A stretch of 64,000 nt of DNA from an uncultured Actinomycetota bacterium (GTDB lineage Bacteria > Actinomycetota > Humimicrobiia > Humimicrobiales > Humimicrobiaceae). Positions 9,310 through 19,731 of this stretch are shown one piece after another (the first letter of the stretch is position 1; the number at the start of each line of letters is the position of its first letter). The notes under the pieces are model-generated. The model was not told the origin of the DNA. It was given only the letters and a program-made list of their open reading frames with translations, and made no database searches. The position numbers and the translations under genes are program-made. The stretch lies in NCBI GenBank assembly GCA_964415365.1, contig CAYPYW010000002.1, positions 26,264-90,263 on the forward strand. Direction: 5' to 3'.

Positions 9310-11223
9310 CTACGACTCCCCTTTCTCCAGCACTACTCCCTCTTTAACAAGGCCTGTCTTCTTTTCGATAGCACTGTATTTTTCCGGACAAGCTCCTATA
9401 CAGGATCCACATTTAATACAAATTTCGCTGTCTATAACATGTGGCTTTTTACTCTCACCTTTTATTGCATCCACCGGACATACTTTTACACAACTCCCGC
9501 AACCGACACATTTATTTTTATCAATAACATAATTTATCAGTGGCCTGCACATTTTTGCCGGACACATATTGTAATAAATATGAGCTTCATATTCCTCTTT
9601 AAAATATTTTAGCGTGGTAAGCACAATATTCGGGGCAGTGGTACCCAAAGCACACAGAGAAGCTTCCTTGAGCAACAGCGATAAGTCCGCCAGAAGTGTT
9701 AAATCTTCCTCTCTGCCCTTCCCTTCCATTATTCTCTCATAAATATAAAGCATCTGCCTTAAACCTTCTCTACAGGGAACACACTTTCCACATGACTCGT
9801 CAGCTAAAAATTTCAGGAAGTAATGAGCCACATTTACCATACAGGAAGATTCATCCATAACCACCATACCTCCGGATCCCATCATTGATCCCGCTTTAGT
9901 CAATTCATCAAAGTCCACAGGAAGGTCAAGCAGTTTCTCAGGAATCACTCCACCCGAAGGTCCACCGGTCTGTACCGCTTTAAATTTTTTGCTGTCCTTA
10001 ATTCCACCGCCAATTTTATAAATAATATCCCTTAAGCTTATTCCCATTGGGACTTCGACTAACCCCGTGTTTTTGACTTTACCAACAAGTGAAAATATTT
10101 TTGTCCCGGTACTATCCTTAGTTCCCATGCTCCTGAACCAATCAGCACCATTTTTTATGATTAACGGAACATTTGCAAAGGTTTCTACGTTATTTAGATT
10201 AGTCGGTTTACCCCAGAGCCCGCTTACAGAAGTATGTATATATTTCAACCTGGGCTCTCCTACACTGCCTTCAATAGCAGTAGTAAGTGCGCTTGATTCC
10301 CCGGATACATAAGAGCCAGCACCTTTATGAACTTTAATATCAAAATTAAATCCGGAACCCAAAATATTTTCTCCGATCAATCCACACTCTCTGGCCTGAT
10401 TTATAGCAATATTTAAATTCTCTACCGTTAACGGATACTCCTGTCTGACATAAACAAATCCCATATTAGAGCCAATAGCATATGCCCCAATCATTAAACC
10501 TTCCAGAACGCTGTGGGGATTCCCCTCTAATATTCCTCTATCCATATACGCACCTGGATCCCCTTCATCCGCATTAACGATTATATACTTTGGTTCACCT
10601 TCTGCACTCCTGGTAGTTTCCCATTTCACACCTGTCGGAAAACCGCCTCCTCCCCGGCCCCTTAAGCCAGATTTCTTCACTTCTTCTATAACCCCTTCCG
10701 GACTCATCTGCCCGAGGACCCGAGCAAGAGCCTGATATCCACCCATCCTGATGTAATCATCAATACTTCTTGAATCTATCTTTAAATGGCTATAAAGAAG
10801 AACCCTTTTCTGGAATTTATAAAAAGGAATATCAGATTCCTTAATTATCGGATTTCCATTATCATCCTTATAAAGAAGCCTTTCTACCACTCCCCCCTTT
10901 AAAGCCTCGCCGATTATTTCAGCAACATCTTCTTTCTTCACCCTCAAATAACAAATATCCTTTGGATAAACAACCACAATCGGACCCATCTCACAATACC
11001 CATGGCAGCCTGTCCTGCGGATAATAATTCTACCTTTTTCTTTCATATGATTTCTTTCAATCTCATCAAGCAAAGCAGAATAGATATCCTCCGAACCATA
11101 AGCCTTACAGCCAGGTCCGCTGCATATAGAAAATACTATATCAGCACTATCCAGTCGCTCCTGAAATTCCTTTGCCCTCTTTTGTAAATCCTGTAGAGAA
11201 TTTATTTTGTTATTAACGGTCAT
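9310..11223 (-). CDS. NuoF-like subunit of HndC/HydB type: N-terminal thioredoxin-like [2Fe-2S], FMN/NADH site, C-terminal 2x[4Fe-4S] ferredoxin
   Basis: GLRGRGGGGFPTG, ESCGKCVPCREG, CVGCGSCVKVCP and CIKCGSCIGACP motifs; GAAGGAG sits upstream of the ATG. Confidence 0.85.
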   Translation of the reverse strand: MTVNNKINSLQDLQKRAKEFQERLDSADIVFSICSGPGCKAYGSEDIYSALLDEIERNHMKEKGRIIIRRTGCHGYCEMGPIVVVYPKDICYLRVKKEDVAEIIGEALKGGVVERLLYKDDNGNPIIKESDIPFYKFQKRVLLYSHLKIDSRSIDDYIRMGGYQALARVLGQMSPEGVIEEVKKSGLRGRGGGGFPTGVKWETTRSAEGEPKYIIVNADEGDPGAYMDRGILEGNPHSVLEGLMIGAYAIGSNMGFVYVRQEYPLTVENLNIAINQARECGLIGENILGSGFNFDIKVHKGAGSYVSGESSALTTAIEGSVGEPRLKYIHTSVSGLWGKPTNLNNVETFANVPLIIKNGADWFRSMGTKDSTGTKIFSLVGKVKNTGLVEVPMGISLRDIIYKIGGGIKDSKKFKAVQTGGPSGGVIPEKLLDLPVDFDELTKAGSMMGSGGMVVMDESSCMVNVAHYFLKFLADESCGKCVPCREGLRQMLYIYERIMEGKGREEDLTLLADLSLLLKEASLCALGTTAPNIVLTTLKYFKEEYEAHIYYNMCPAKMCRPLINYVIDKNKCVGCGSCVKVCPVDAIKGESKKPHVIDSEICIKCGSCIGACPEKYSAIEKKTGLVKEGVVLEKGES

Positions 11224-11290
11224 TATTAAAAACTCCTTCTGTGAGCATTAGTATTTTAATTAACATTCATATCTTTTTAGATATTAGAGT

Positions 11291-12268
11291 CTAACTTAAT
11301 TGTTTTAATATTTTCTTTAAATAACTGGCCGAGGGATTACTGTAATACTTATTGTCAACCATAACTACCGGCCCCAACGCACAGCAACCAAGACAATTTA
11401 CAGTTTTAAGAGTAAATCTGTAATCACTGGTTGTATCTCCCGGTTTTACCCCCAGAACACTGGTAATTCTCTGAAGTAAATTCATCGCTCCCCTAACATG
11501 ACATGCCGTACCCATACAAGCTACAATGGAATATTTACCCTGTGGTTCCAAATTAAAATATTTGTAAAAAGTAGTAATACTGTAGATATCTGTAAGAGGA
11601 ATATCCAACTTCTTACCAAGATAAAGCAGAATATGTCTGGGAAGCCAGTTATACTCATTCTGAATATCCAGAAGTATTTGTATCAAATTACTTTTTTCAC
11701 AATTGTGGTGATCAATTACTTTATCTACTTCCCCAAAATCTTCCATTGCTTCTTCCAAAACTAACTCCTTTTCTCTCTTTATTTTATCTAAATCGCCAAG
11801 CCACTCAGTCAGCTGGCTCTGAATCACATTTATTCTCTCCATATCCCTATGACTCTCAAAAGCACTTTCATGACCGGTACCCGATGGGTGGCTAATATCA
11901 CCTCTTATCTTACTTCCAGTATCTACTTCCCTCTTATTTTTATCCGGACTATATTGTTTCGGTTTGGAACCGGCACTCCTCAAACCAAGGCCTGGCCTCT
12001 TCTTTATCTTATATTTTGCTTTTTTGTCCTTATAACCAGTTCTGTCTATCAATCCCTCTTTTTCCAACAGTTTTAAAGTCCGATAAATTGTAGCCTGCCC
12101 TATCCTGGGATGTTTTTTATGAGAGAGAAAGAATAATTCCTCCGCATCCAGTTCACCAGGACTTTTCAGCAAAATATCCAGAATAACCATCCTGGTTCCG
12201 GTAAGTCTGAACCCGCTCCTCTTTATTCTCTGTTTATAGGTATCGATATCTTTTTTATTATTCCCCAT
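11291..12268 (-). CDS. Fusion of a Fur-family winged-helix DNA-binding domain with a NuoE/HndA-like [2Fe-2S] thioredoxin-fold domain
   Basis: N-terminal RLTGTRMVILDILLKSPGELDAEELF...IGQATIYRTLKLLEKEGLI matches the Fur/PerR DNA-binding domain and is missing the Fur metal/dimerisation domain. A K-rich linker follows, then the NuoE motifs CMGTACHVRGA...CLGCCALGPV. Confidence 0.8.
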   Translation of the reverse strand: MGNNKKDIDTYKQRIKRSGFRLTGTRMVILDILLKSPGELDAEELFFLSHKKHPRIGQATIYRTLKLLEKEGLIDRTGYKDKKAKYKIKKRPGLGLRSAGSKPKQYSPDKNKREVDTGSKIRGDISHPSGTGHESAFESHRDMERINVIQSQLTEWLGDLDKIKREKELVLEEAMEDFGEVDKVIDHHNCEKSNLIQILLDIQNEYNWLPRHILLYLGKKLDIPLTDIYSITTFYKYFNLEPQGKYSIVACMGTACHVRGAMNLLQRITSVLGVKPGDTTSDYRFTLKTVNCLGCCALGPVVMVDNKYYSNPSASYLKKILKQLS

Positions 12269-12292
12269 CCTACAGGTTTGGATGATTATTTA

Positions 12293-12315
12293 TTGATAAT
12301 GATAATGATTTTCAA
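12293..12315. promoter_or_regulatory. Fur-box-like operator (GATAAT hexamer repeats) 25-47 bp upstream of the Fur-DBD::NuoE gene
   Basis: TTGATAATGATAATGATTTTCAA resembles the Fur consensus GATAATGATAATCATTATC. Confidence 0.5.
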
Positions 12316-12373
12316 TTTTATCCGTAATTATACTCCGGGGATTTATCCTGTCAACAAATGTATATTACAGTTA

Positions 12374-13189
12374 CTAATATATTCTTACTTTTGCCCCCAG
12401 GGGAAGCATCTCATACAGCCACTTTGCTTCCTCTAATTTTAATCTTATACATCCGTGACTGGCAGGAGTACCCAGTTTATCGTATTCCTCTTGAATCATT
12501 TGACCGTCTTCATCATAGGGAACACTGTGAAAGAGATAATCGCTATAAAACCTTACCCAGTAATAAGCTCCCATCTTATACTTATCATTCCAGAAGTAAT
12601 AACTCTTTTGCGTGGTCGTGAATTCTCCCGGCGGAGTCGGCTTCTCTTCAATACCTCCGGAGCATATCATTTCTTTTATCACATTATCTTTATAAAATAT
12701 AAAAACCTTCTGGAGGGAAAGGTTAACTTCTATTCTAAAATAATCCTTATTGGTAAAATCTATTTCCTCGCCTCCATTTTGCGAGGAATTGTCATTCTCA
12801 TTTTGCATTTCTTCACCGCCAGTCTGTCCCTGGTCCTCTATATTTTCCTCACCGTCAACCTCTTCCTCCACTTCTTCTTCGGTGAGAATATCCGAATCGT
12901 CATTTATGATATTTTCATCAATTTCGTCACTCAATAAATCCCCATTGTTAAATTCCCCGGAACCGGTCTCACCTAAATCATTACCGAAATCATTATTATT
13001 TTCCGGCAGAGAACTTAGATCATCTGTTTCCGCACTTCCTGATAAATCCTCTGTAATTTCCAATGATCCTTCTGAGGCTTCCGAATAATTCCTGCAGGAT
13101 AAAATCATGGTACAGGCAAATACACAAACCAAAAAAATATATACTACAATCATTATTTTGCTGCTAAATTTTTTTAAAAAACCACCCAT
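12374..13189 (-). CDS. L,D-transpeptidase (YkuD domain) with signal/TM segment and a long acidic low-complexity linker
   Basis: C-terminal ...GTPASHGCIRLKLEEAKWLY catalytic His/Cys motif; N-terminal hydrophobic segment; D/E-rich repeats. Confidence 0.75.
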   Translation of the reverse strand: MGGFLKKFSSKIMIVVYIFLVCVFACTMILSCRNYSEASEGSLEITEDLSGSAETDDLSSLPENNNDFGNDLGETGSGEFNNGDLLSDEIDENIINDDSDILTEEEVEEEVDGEENIEDQGQTGGEEMQNENDNSSQNGGEEIDFTNKDYFRIEVNLSLQKVFIFYKDNVIKEMICSGGIEEKPTPPGEFTTTQKSYYFWNDKYKMGAYYWVRFYSDYLFHSVPYDEDGQMIQEEYDKLGTPASHGCIRLKLEEAKWLYEMLPLGAKVRIY

Positions 13190-13353
13190 TTTGAAATACT
13201 GGTAATTCGCTTAACATAATAAAAGTCTTCGGAATTATTATAATGATTATTAAATTTTATAAAAGAAGGGTTCAAAAAATTTTTTTTATTAAATTTTATG
13301 GCATATTTGTTATACAATTATAAAAATTTTGTTATAATTCAATAAACTTGATA

Positions 13354-14319
<966 letters not shown>

Positions 14320-14384
14320 TTATCACAGAGTATAATTATTAGAGCGTATAATCATCAAGTCAAACAATCACAAGACAGATCATA

Positions 14385-15443
14385 ATGAATCTGGGAAAAA
14401 TAGAAAATTTACTGTATGATGAGCCATCTTACCGCCTGAAGCAGGTCGAGAAGGCTCTCTACAAAGATTTAATTGACAGCTGGAATGATGCCACAATCTT
14501 ACCGGTCGGGCTCAGAGAAAAATTGGGAAAAGAAACTCCAATTACTTTCGATTTTAATACAGCTACTTCTCTAAAAGGCAATTCGGTAAAAGTAATTACG
14601 AGATTAAAAGATGGACTGAATGTTGAATCTGTTTTAATGAAGCATACAAGAGGAAGAAACACAGTTTGCGTATCATCACAGGTCGGTTGTCCCCTAAACT
14701 GTATATTCTGCAGAACAGGAAAAGCAGGCTATATCAGGAATTTAAATCACTATGAAATTGTGGAGCAGGTATTACTTTTTTCATATTACTTGAAGAAAAC
14801 CGTTAAATTCGTAAAAAAGGAGGGATCTCTAAGAACCCGTGAAACCATAAAAAACATTGTCTTTATGGGTATGGGTGAACCATTTTTAAACTATGATAAT
14901 GTGACCAGAGCCATAAGATTTTTAAATGATAAGAATAAATTCAATATAGGAGCACGTCATATTTCTGTATCTACTGCAGGGATACCGGAAAAAATTAAAA
15001 AATTTTCATACGAGAATCTGCAGGTCAATCTGGCAGTCTCGTTGAACTCACCGGATGATAAAATCCGCCAGAAAATAATGCCTATCGCACTCAAATATCC
15101 GTTAAAAGAAATTATTGATGCTGTAAAATTTTATATTGAAAAAACCAACAGAAGAGTTATGTTCGAGTATATCATGATTAAAGACTTGAACGATTCGGAT
15201 ATTCTTGCCGGACAGCTTGTAAAACTACTCCACGGTCTTCTATGCTTTGTAAACTTAATTCCTTATAACGGGGAAGATTATAATCTCAGACCCACACCCC
15301 GAAAAAGAATAAATAAATTCAGAAGTATTCTTGAGAATGGCGGTATAACTATAACAGAGCGATTTCGATTCGGGGAAGATATAAACGCAGCATGTGGACA
15401 ATTAGCCTACAGAAAAATTTTTAAAGTGAAAAAAGAAACCTGA
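14385..15443 (+). CDS. rlmN: 23S rRNA m2A2503 methyltransferase RlmN/Cfr-family radical SAM enzyme
   Basis: CPLNCIFCRTG radical-SAM motif with the MGMGEP and GIPEKI family motifs. Confidence 0.85.
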   Translation: MNLGKIENLLYDEPSYRLKQVEKALYKDLIDSWNDATILPVGLREKLGKETPITFDFNTATSLKGNSVKVITRLKDGLNVESVLMKHTRGRNTVCVSSQVGCPLNCIFCRTGKAGYIRNLNHYEIVEQVLLFSYYLKKTVKFVKKEGSLRTRETIKNIVFMGMGEPFLNYDNVTRAIRFLNDKNKFNIGARHISVSTAGIPEKIKKFSYENLQVNLAVSLNSPDDKIRQKIMPIALKYPLKEIIDAVKFYIEKTNRRVMFEYIMIKDLNDSDILAGQLVKLLHGLLCFVNLIPYNGEDYNLRPTPRKRINKFRSILENGGITITERFRFGEDINAACGQLAYRKIFKVKKET

Positions 15444-15537
15444 ATATTTGACTATAATCTATAAATATTACATTATATTGCATATCATTTAATAATATCA
15501 AAGTATAGTGTCATTGCCTGAATATAAGGGGGACAGT

Positions 15538-16404
15538 ATGTCTGACTATGCCATTATCGCCGAGAATCTGACTTACTATTATGGCGATTTGATTGCTGTA
15601 AATCATATTAGCTTCAAAGTGGCCAGAGGGGAAATTCTGGGTTTTCTTGGCCCCAATGGCGCCGGTAAAACGACTACGATTAATATACTAACGGGGCAGA
15701 TGAAACCCAAAAGCGGACGAGCTATTTTACTTGATATAGATGTTGCTGAAGATGTTAAAAAAATAAAAGGAGATATTGGTGTCTGTTTCGAAACTACTAA
15801 TCTGTATGAGCAAATGACAGCTATTGAAAATCTAAACCTCTTTGCACGTCTCTTTGGCATCAAGTCTTTTGATGCCAATACATTGTTAAATCGTGTCGGT
15901 CTTGAGGGACGAGGAAGAGATCGGGTTGAGACTTATTCAAAAGGAATGAAACAGCGCCTCATGATAGCAAGATCGATAGTGAATCAGCCTAAAATTCTAT
16001 TTCTTGATGAACCCACAGCGGGACTTGACCCGACCTCATCCAAAGCTATCCATAATATTATTGCGCAGGAGAGAAACCGGGGGGCCACCGTGTTTCTTAC
16101 TACCCATGATATGGTGGAAGCCGATAAACTTTCCGACCGGGTTGCTTTCATGAACCAGGGCAGAATCGTGGCTCTGGACACACCACTTAATCTTAAACAG
16201 CGATATGGTAAACGTGCTCTTAGAGCAAAGGTAATTACACCAGGCGGTAAATTTGAAGATCGTGAGATTGCACTCGACACAACTAATACACCAGACAGTG
16301 TTAAAGAACTTCTTTCTAATGAAAAAGTTATCACTATTCACAGCAGGGAAGCCACCCTCGAAGATATATTCATTAAGATTACAGGACGGGGTCTTGTAGA
16401 GTGA
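15538..16404 (+). CDS. ABC transporter ATP-binding protein (ABC-2 exporter type)
   Basis: GPNGAGKTT Walker A, LSGGMKQRL-like signature (YSKGMKQRL) and ILFLDEPTAGLD Walker B. ATG at 15538 has AAGGGGG upstream. Confidence 0.85.
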   Translation: MSDYAIIAENLTYYYGDLIAVNHISFKVARGEILGFLGPNGAGKTTTINILTGQMKPKSGRAILLDIDVAEDVKKIKGDIGVCFETTNLYEQMTAIENLNLFARLFGIKSFDANTLLNRVGLEGRGRDRVETYSKGMKQRLMIARSIVNQPKILFLDEPTAGLDPTSSKAIHNIIAQERNRGATVFLTTHDMVEADKLSDRVAFMNQGRIVALDTPLNLKQRYGKRALRAKVITPGGKFEDREIALDTTNTPDSVKELLSNEKVITIHSREATLEDIFIKITGRGLVE

Positions 16405-17456
16405 AAATACGCTTAATAAGTATTTTGATCCATAAAGACTTATCTCTTTTTTTCAGGAAAAGAGCAATCCTAATATTAACTTTTGCCGGTTTTATTTTTT
16501 ACCTGATTATCTATTTTGTTATGCCAGGTTCAGTCGATGAAAACCTAAAAATCGGGTTATATTCTCCGGTATCACTCCCTATTTTTACACAGATAGAGGA
16601 AGAGGGTCTGGAAATCTCATATGTAGAATCTGAGGAGCTACTAAAAGAAGCAGTGCTTGATGGTAGTTATGTGGTAGGTATATCAATCCCGGCAGATGCA
16701 GCAGAAAAGTTTAACTCAAAACAAAAACCTAGTGTAAGTCTGTATTTTACTCCGGATACCCCACAAGAAGTAAAAGATGCTATGGAAATTGTAGTCAGAG
16801 AACTTGCCTTTATACAGACCGGTCAACCTCTGACTTTTGATATATCAGAGGAAATACTGGGGCAGGATTTGACCGGTACACCGATACCTCCGCAAGACCG
16901 GCTTCGTCCGCTGCTGGCCATCTTTATTCTGATGATGGAAATTCTCAGTCTCTCCAACCTTATAAGTGAAGAGATAGAACGGCGCACTGCCCGGGCTCTA
17001 CTGGTCACCCCGGCAACAGTCACCGATATCTTTATAGCTAAAAGTATCTTTGGGATAGGTCTGGCATTTGTTCAGGCTGTACTGATCATGATTATTGTTG
17101 GCGGTATGAATATTCAGCCACTGATTATTTTAATTTCCCTATTATTGGGAGCAGCACTTGCTACAGGAATCAGCTTTTTCATATCAGCCAGGGCAAAGGA
17201 TTTTATGTCAGTGTTAGCCTGGAGTTTTCCTATTCTTATTATCCTTATAATTCCGTCGTTCACAGTAATGTTTCCGGGTGCAGTCACCGGCTGGATTAAA
17301 ATTATTCCCTCCTACTACCTGGTCGATACAGTACACCGTGCAGCGAACTTTGGATCCGGCTGGGGAGATGTCTGGGTTAATCTTTTAATTCTCTTTGGTT
17401 TTACATCGGTTATTTTCTGGGCTGGTATTTACACATTAAGGAGGAAATTTCAATGA
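16401..17456 (+). CDS. ABC-2 family permease with a large extracytoplasmic N-domain
   Basis: N-terminal TM segment, soluble domain, then six C-terminal TM segments; GTG start overlaps the upstream stop. Confidence 0.65.
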   Translation: MKIRLISILIHKDLSLFFRKRAILILTFAGFIFYLIIYFVMPGSVDENLKIGLYSPVSLPIFTQIEEEGLEISYVESEELLKEAVLDGSYVVGISIPADAAEKFNSKQKPSVSLYFTPDTPQEVKDAMEIVVRELAFIQTGQPLTFDISEEILGQDLTGTPIPPQDRLRPLLAIFILMMEILSLSNLISEEIERRTARALLVTPATVTDIFIAKSIFGIGLAFVQAVLIMIIVGGMNIQPLIILISLLLGAALATGISFFISARAKDFMSVLAWSFPILIILIIPSFTVMFPGAVTGWIKIIPSYYLVDTVHRAANFGSGWGDVWVNLLILFGFTSVIFWAGIYTLRRKFQ

Positions 17457-18517
17457 GCATCAGACGTATGGGTGTGTTATTGAGTAAAGAATTTCTCTAT
17501 GGTTCCAAAAGTTACATATTAATTTTTTCTATAGTAGGACCAATTATCATTTCAATTATTGTTTCACTCATATTTGGAACCTGGCTTGCCGAGAAACCGA
17601 GACTTGGTATTCTGGATGAGGACGGATCTCAACTGGCCTCGATGCTTAATGATACTAATTCAATAGACAATATTGAATACAATAATATTACTGAAATAAA
17701 AAAGGCAGTCGAAACAGGCACTGTTGATATAGGAATTATTATACCCTCAGGTTTTGACAACTCCGTTATAAAGGGTGAGAAAACAGAAATCAAAGCTTTT
17801 ATTTGGGGAGAAAGTACAGCAGAAAATCGAAGCATAATAGCAGCGATAATAGCAAATACCGTAAGAGAACTGACCGGTCAGGAAGCTCCTATCGAAATAA
17901 AAACAATCACTCTGGGTGATAAAGTAAGCATTCCATGGGATGATCGGCTGTTTCCTTTTATAGTGCTCATGGCAGTATTTCTGGGCGGTCTTATGCTACC
18001 ATCGACCTCGATAGCCATGGAAAAAGAGAAGAGAACAATAAGGGCATTAATGGTAACCCCGGTATCAATTGAAGATATTTTTTTTGCCAAAGGAATATTT
18101 GGTTTTATTTTAAGCTTCTTTATGGGTATCCTGATTCTGGTATTAAACAAGGCTTTTGGTGCTGAACCTATGCTCCTGACAGTAGTGCTGGCACTTGGTG
18201 CTATAATGGCAGCTGAACTCGGGACATTACTAGGAGTCTATGTAAAGGATTTTGCTACTATATTTACTATCTGGAAATCTGCCGGAATTATACTTTTCGC
18301 CCCTGCAATCATTTATATGTTCCCCAGCATTCCAGAGTGGATCGGTAGAATATTTCCAACCTACTATATTATCCAGCCTATTGTTGAATTAAGCCAGAAA
18401 GGCGGAGGCTGGACTAATATTGCAACAAACACTCTCATTCTGATTGCAATGGATATAGCTCTTATTTTTATCTTATTTCTCACCTTAAGAAGAAAGCAGC
18501 ACGCCGCAGCTGGTTAA
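17453..18517 (+). CDS. ABC-2 family permease, second paralogue
   Basis: Same architecture as the preceding gene; AGGAGG RBS; 4-nt overlap. Confidence 0.65.
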   Translation: MSIRRMGVLLSKEFLYGSKSYILIFSIVGPIIISIIVSLIFGTWLAEKPRLGILDEDGSQLASMLNDTNSIDNIEYNNITEIKKAVETGTVDIGIIIPSGFDNSVIKGEKTEIKAFIWGESTAENRSIIAAIIANTVRELTGQEAPIEIKTITLGDKVSIPWDDRLFPFIVLMAVFLGGLMLPSTSIAMEKEKRTIRALMVTPVSIEDIFFAKGIFGFILSFFMGILILVLNKAFGAEPMLLTVVLALGAIMAAELGTLLGVYVKDFATIFTIWKSAGIILFAPAIIYMFPSIPEWIGRIFPTYYIIQPIVELSQKGGGWTNIATNTLILIAMDIALIFILFLTLRRKQHAAAG

Positions 18518-18573
18518 TAATATAATGCAAAATATTAATAATAATCGTAGAAACAGTCTCAAATTAGAGAAAT

Positions 18574-19710
18574 TTAATACTCCAGAAGTATTCCATCAGT
18601 ATAATCCCAATAGAATAAAAGGTCATCGTTCTCTTTGAAGTCAGGGAAACTGCCATCATTTTTTATTTCAATTCTTATCTCCCCCAGATCATCCGAAACT
18701 ACCCCAAGCCTTATGTCTGGCCCTTCAAATATGATCGACTTCACCTTTCCACTGAAAAAGTTCTTATTTTCCTGCGGCTCTCTGTCTATCTTTATCTTTT
18801 CAGGTCTTATAAAAAACACAGGGGGGGTTATCTCACTTTTAAACTTATAACTTTTAAATCCAGGTGATTTTTTTATACCTGGAATGCCTTCACAGACCTT
18901 TTTAAAATCGTCACTCAGAAATATCCTCCCCCCACTTTTGGTCTCGAGCATAAACATATGATTATCTTTTCCTATAGAAGATACAGGAATGAAATTACCC
19001 GCTCCAATAAAATCAGCAGCAAATATGCTCCCTGGGCAATTATAAATAGAGTCAGGAGTTCCTATCTGGATTATGTTGCCTTCATTCATAACTGCTATAT
19101 TATCTGACATAGTAAGAGCTTCACCCTGGTCATGAGTTACGTACAGAAAAGTAGTCCCAATTCTTCTTTGAATTTCCTTTAGTTCTCCCTCCATAGAAAC
19201 TCTTAATTTTTTATCCAGCGAAGCCAGAGGCTCATCCAGAAGAAGTATTTTGGGCTTTACTATCAAAGACCTTGCCAGAGCCACCCTTTGCTGCTGGCCA
19301 CCAGAAAGTTCGGAGATCCTTCTTGCCTCAAATCCTTTAAGGTTCACTATCTCCAGCATGCTATCCAATTCCTCTTTTATTCTATAGGAGGGAAGTCTTC
19401 TTTTCTTAAGTCCATAGATGATATTTTCCCGGACGTCCATATGAGAAAATAGAGCAAGATTCTGAAAAACCATCGCAGTATCTCTCCGGTTGGGAGGAAT
19501 ACCTTTCATATCCCTGCCGTCGATTACAACTGTTCCTTCATCCTGCTCTATAAATCCTCCCAGGATTCTCAAAATTGTGGTTTTACCGCATCCTGAAGGA
19601 CCGAGAAGAGAAAAGAATTCCCCTTCCCTGACCTCAAAGCTAACCTTATCGACAGCCAGAATATTACCATAGCTTTTTGATATTTCTTCTACACGGACAA
19701 TATGATTCAT
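18574..19710 (-). CDS. potA: Spermidine/putrescine ABC transporter ATP-binding protein
   Basis: GPSGCGKTT and LSGGQQQRVALAR motifs with a C-terminal TOBE-like domain; last gene of a potBCDA-like operon. Confidence 0.85.
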   Translation of the reverse strand: MNHIVRVEEISKSYGNILAVDKVSFEVREGEFFSLLGPSGCGKTTILRILGGFIEQDEGTVVIDGRDMKGIPPNRRDTAMVFQNLALFSHMDVRENIIYGLKKRRLPSYRIKEELDSMLEIVNLKGFEARRISELSGGQQQRVALARSLIVKPKILLLDEPLASLDKKLRVSMEGELKEIQRRIGTTFLYVTHDQGEALTMSDNIAVMNEGNIIQIGTPDSIYNCPGSIFAADFIGAGNFIPVSSIGKDNHMFMLETKSGGRIFLSDDFKKVCEGIPGIKKSPGFKSYKFKSEITPPVFFIRPEKIKIDREPQENKNFFSGKVKSIIFEGPDIRLGVVSDDLGEIRIEIKNDGSFPDFKENDDLLFYWDYTDGILLEY

Positions 19711-19731
19711 CAGATTTAAAAATATTTCTAT

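Noticed and set aside
12455-13088. Plus-strand ORFs of 160 and 112 aa
   Set aside because: Antisense to the L,D-transpeptidase gene across its acidic repeat region; the Ser/Phe-rich output is typical of antisense low-complexity frames.
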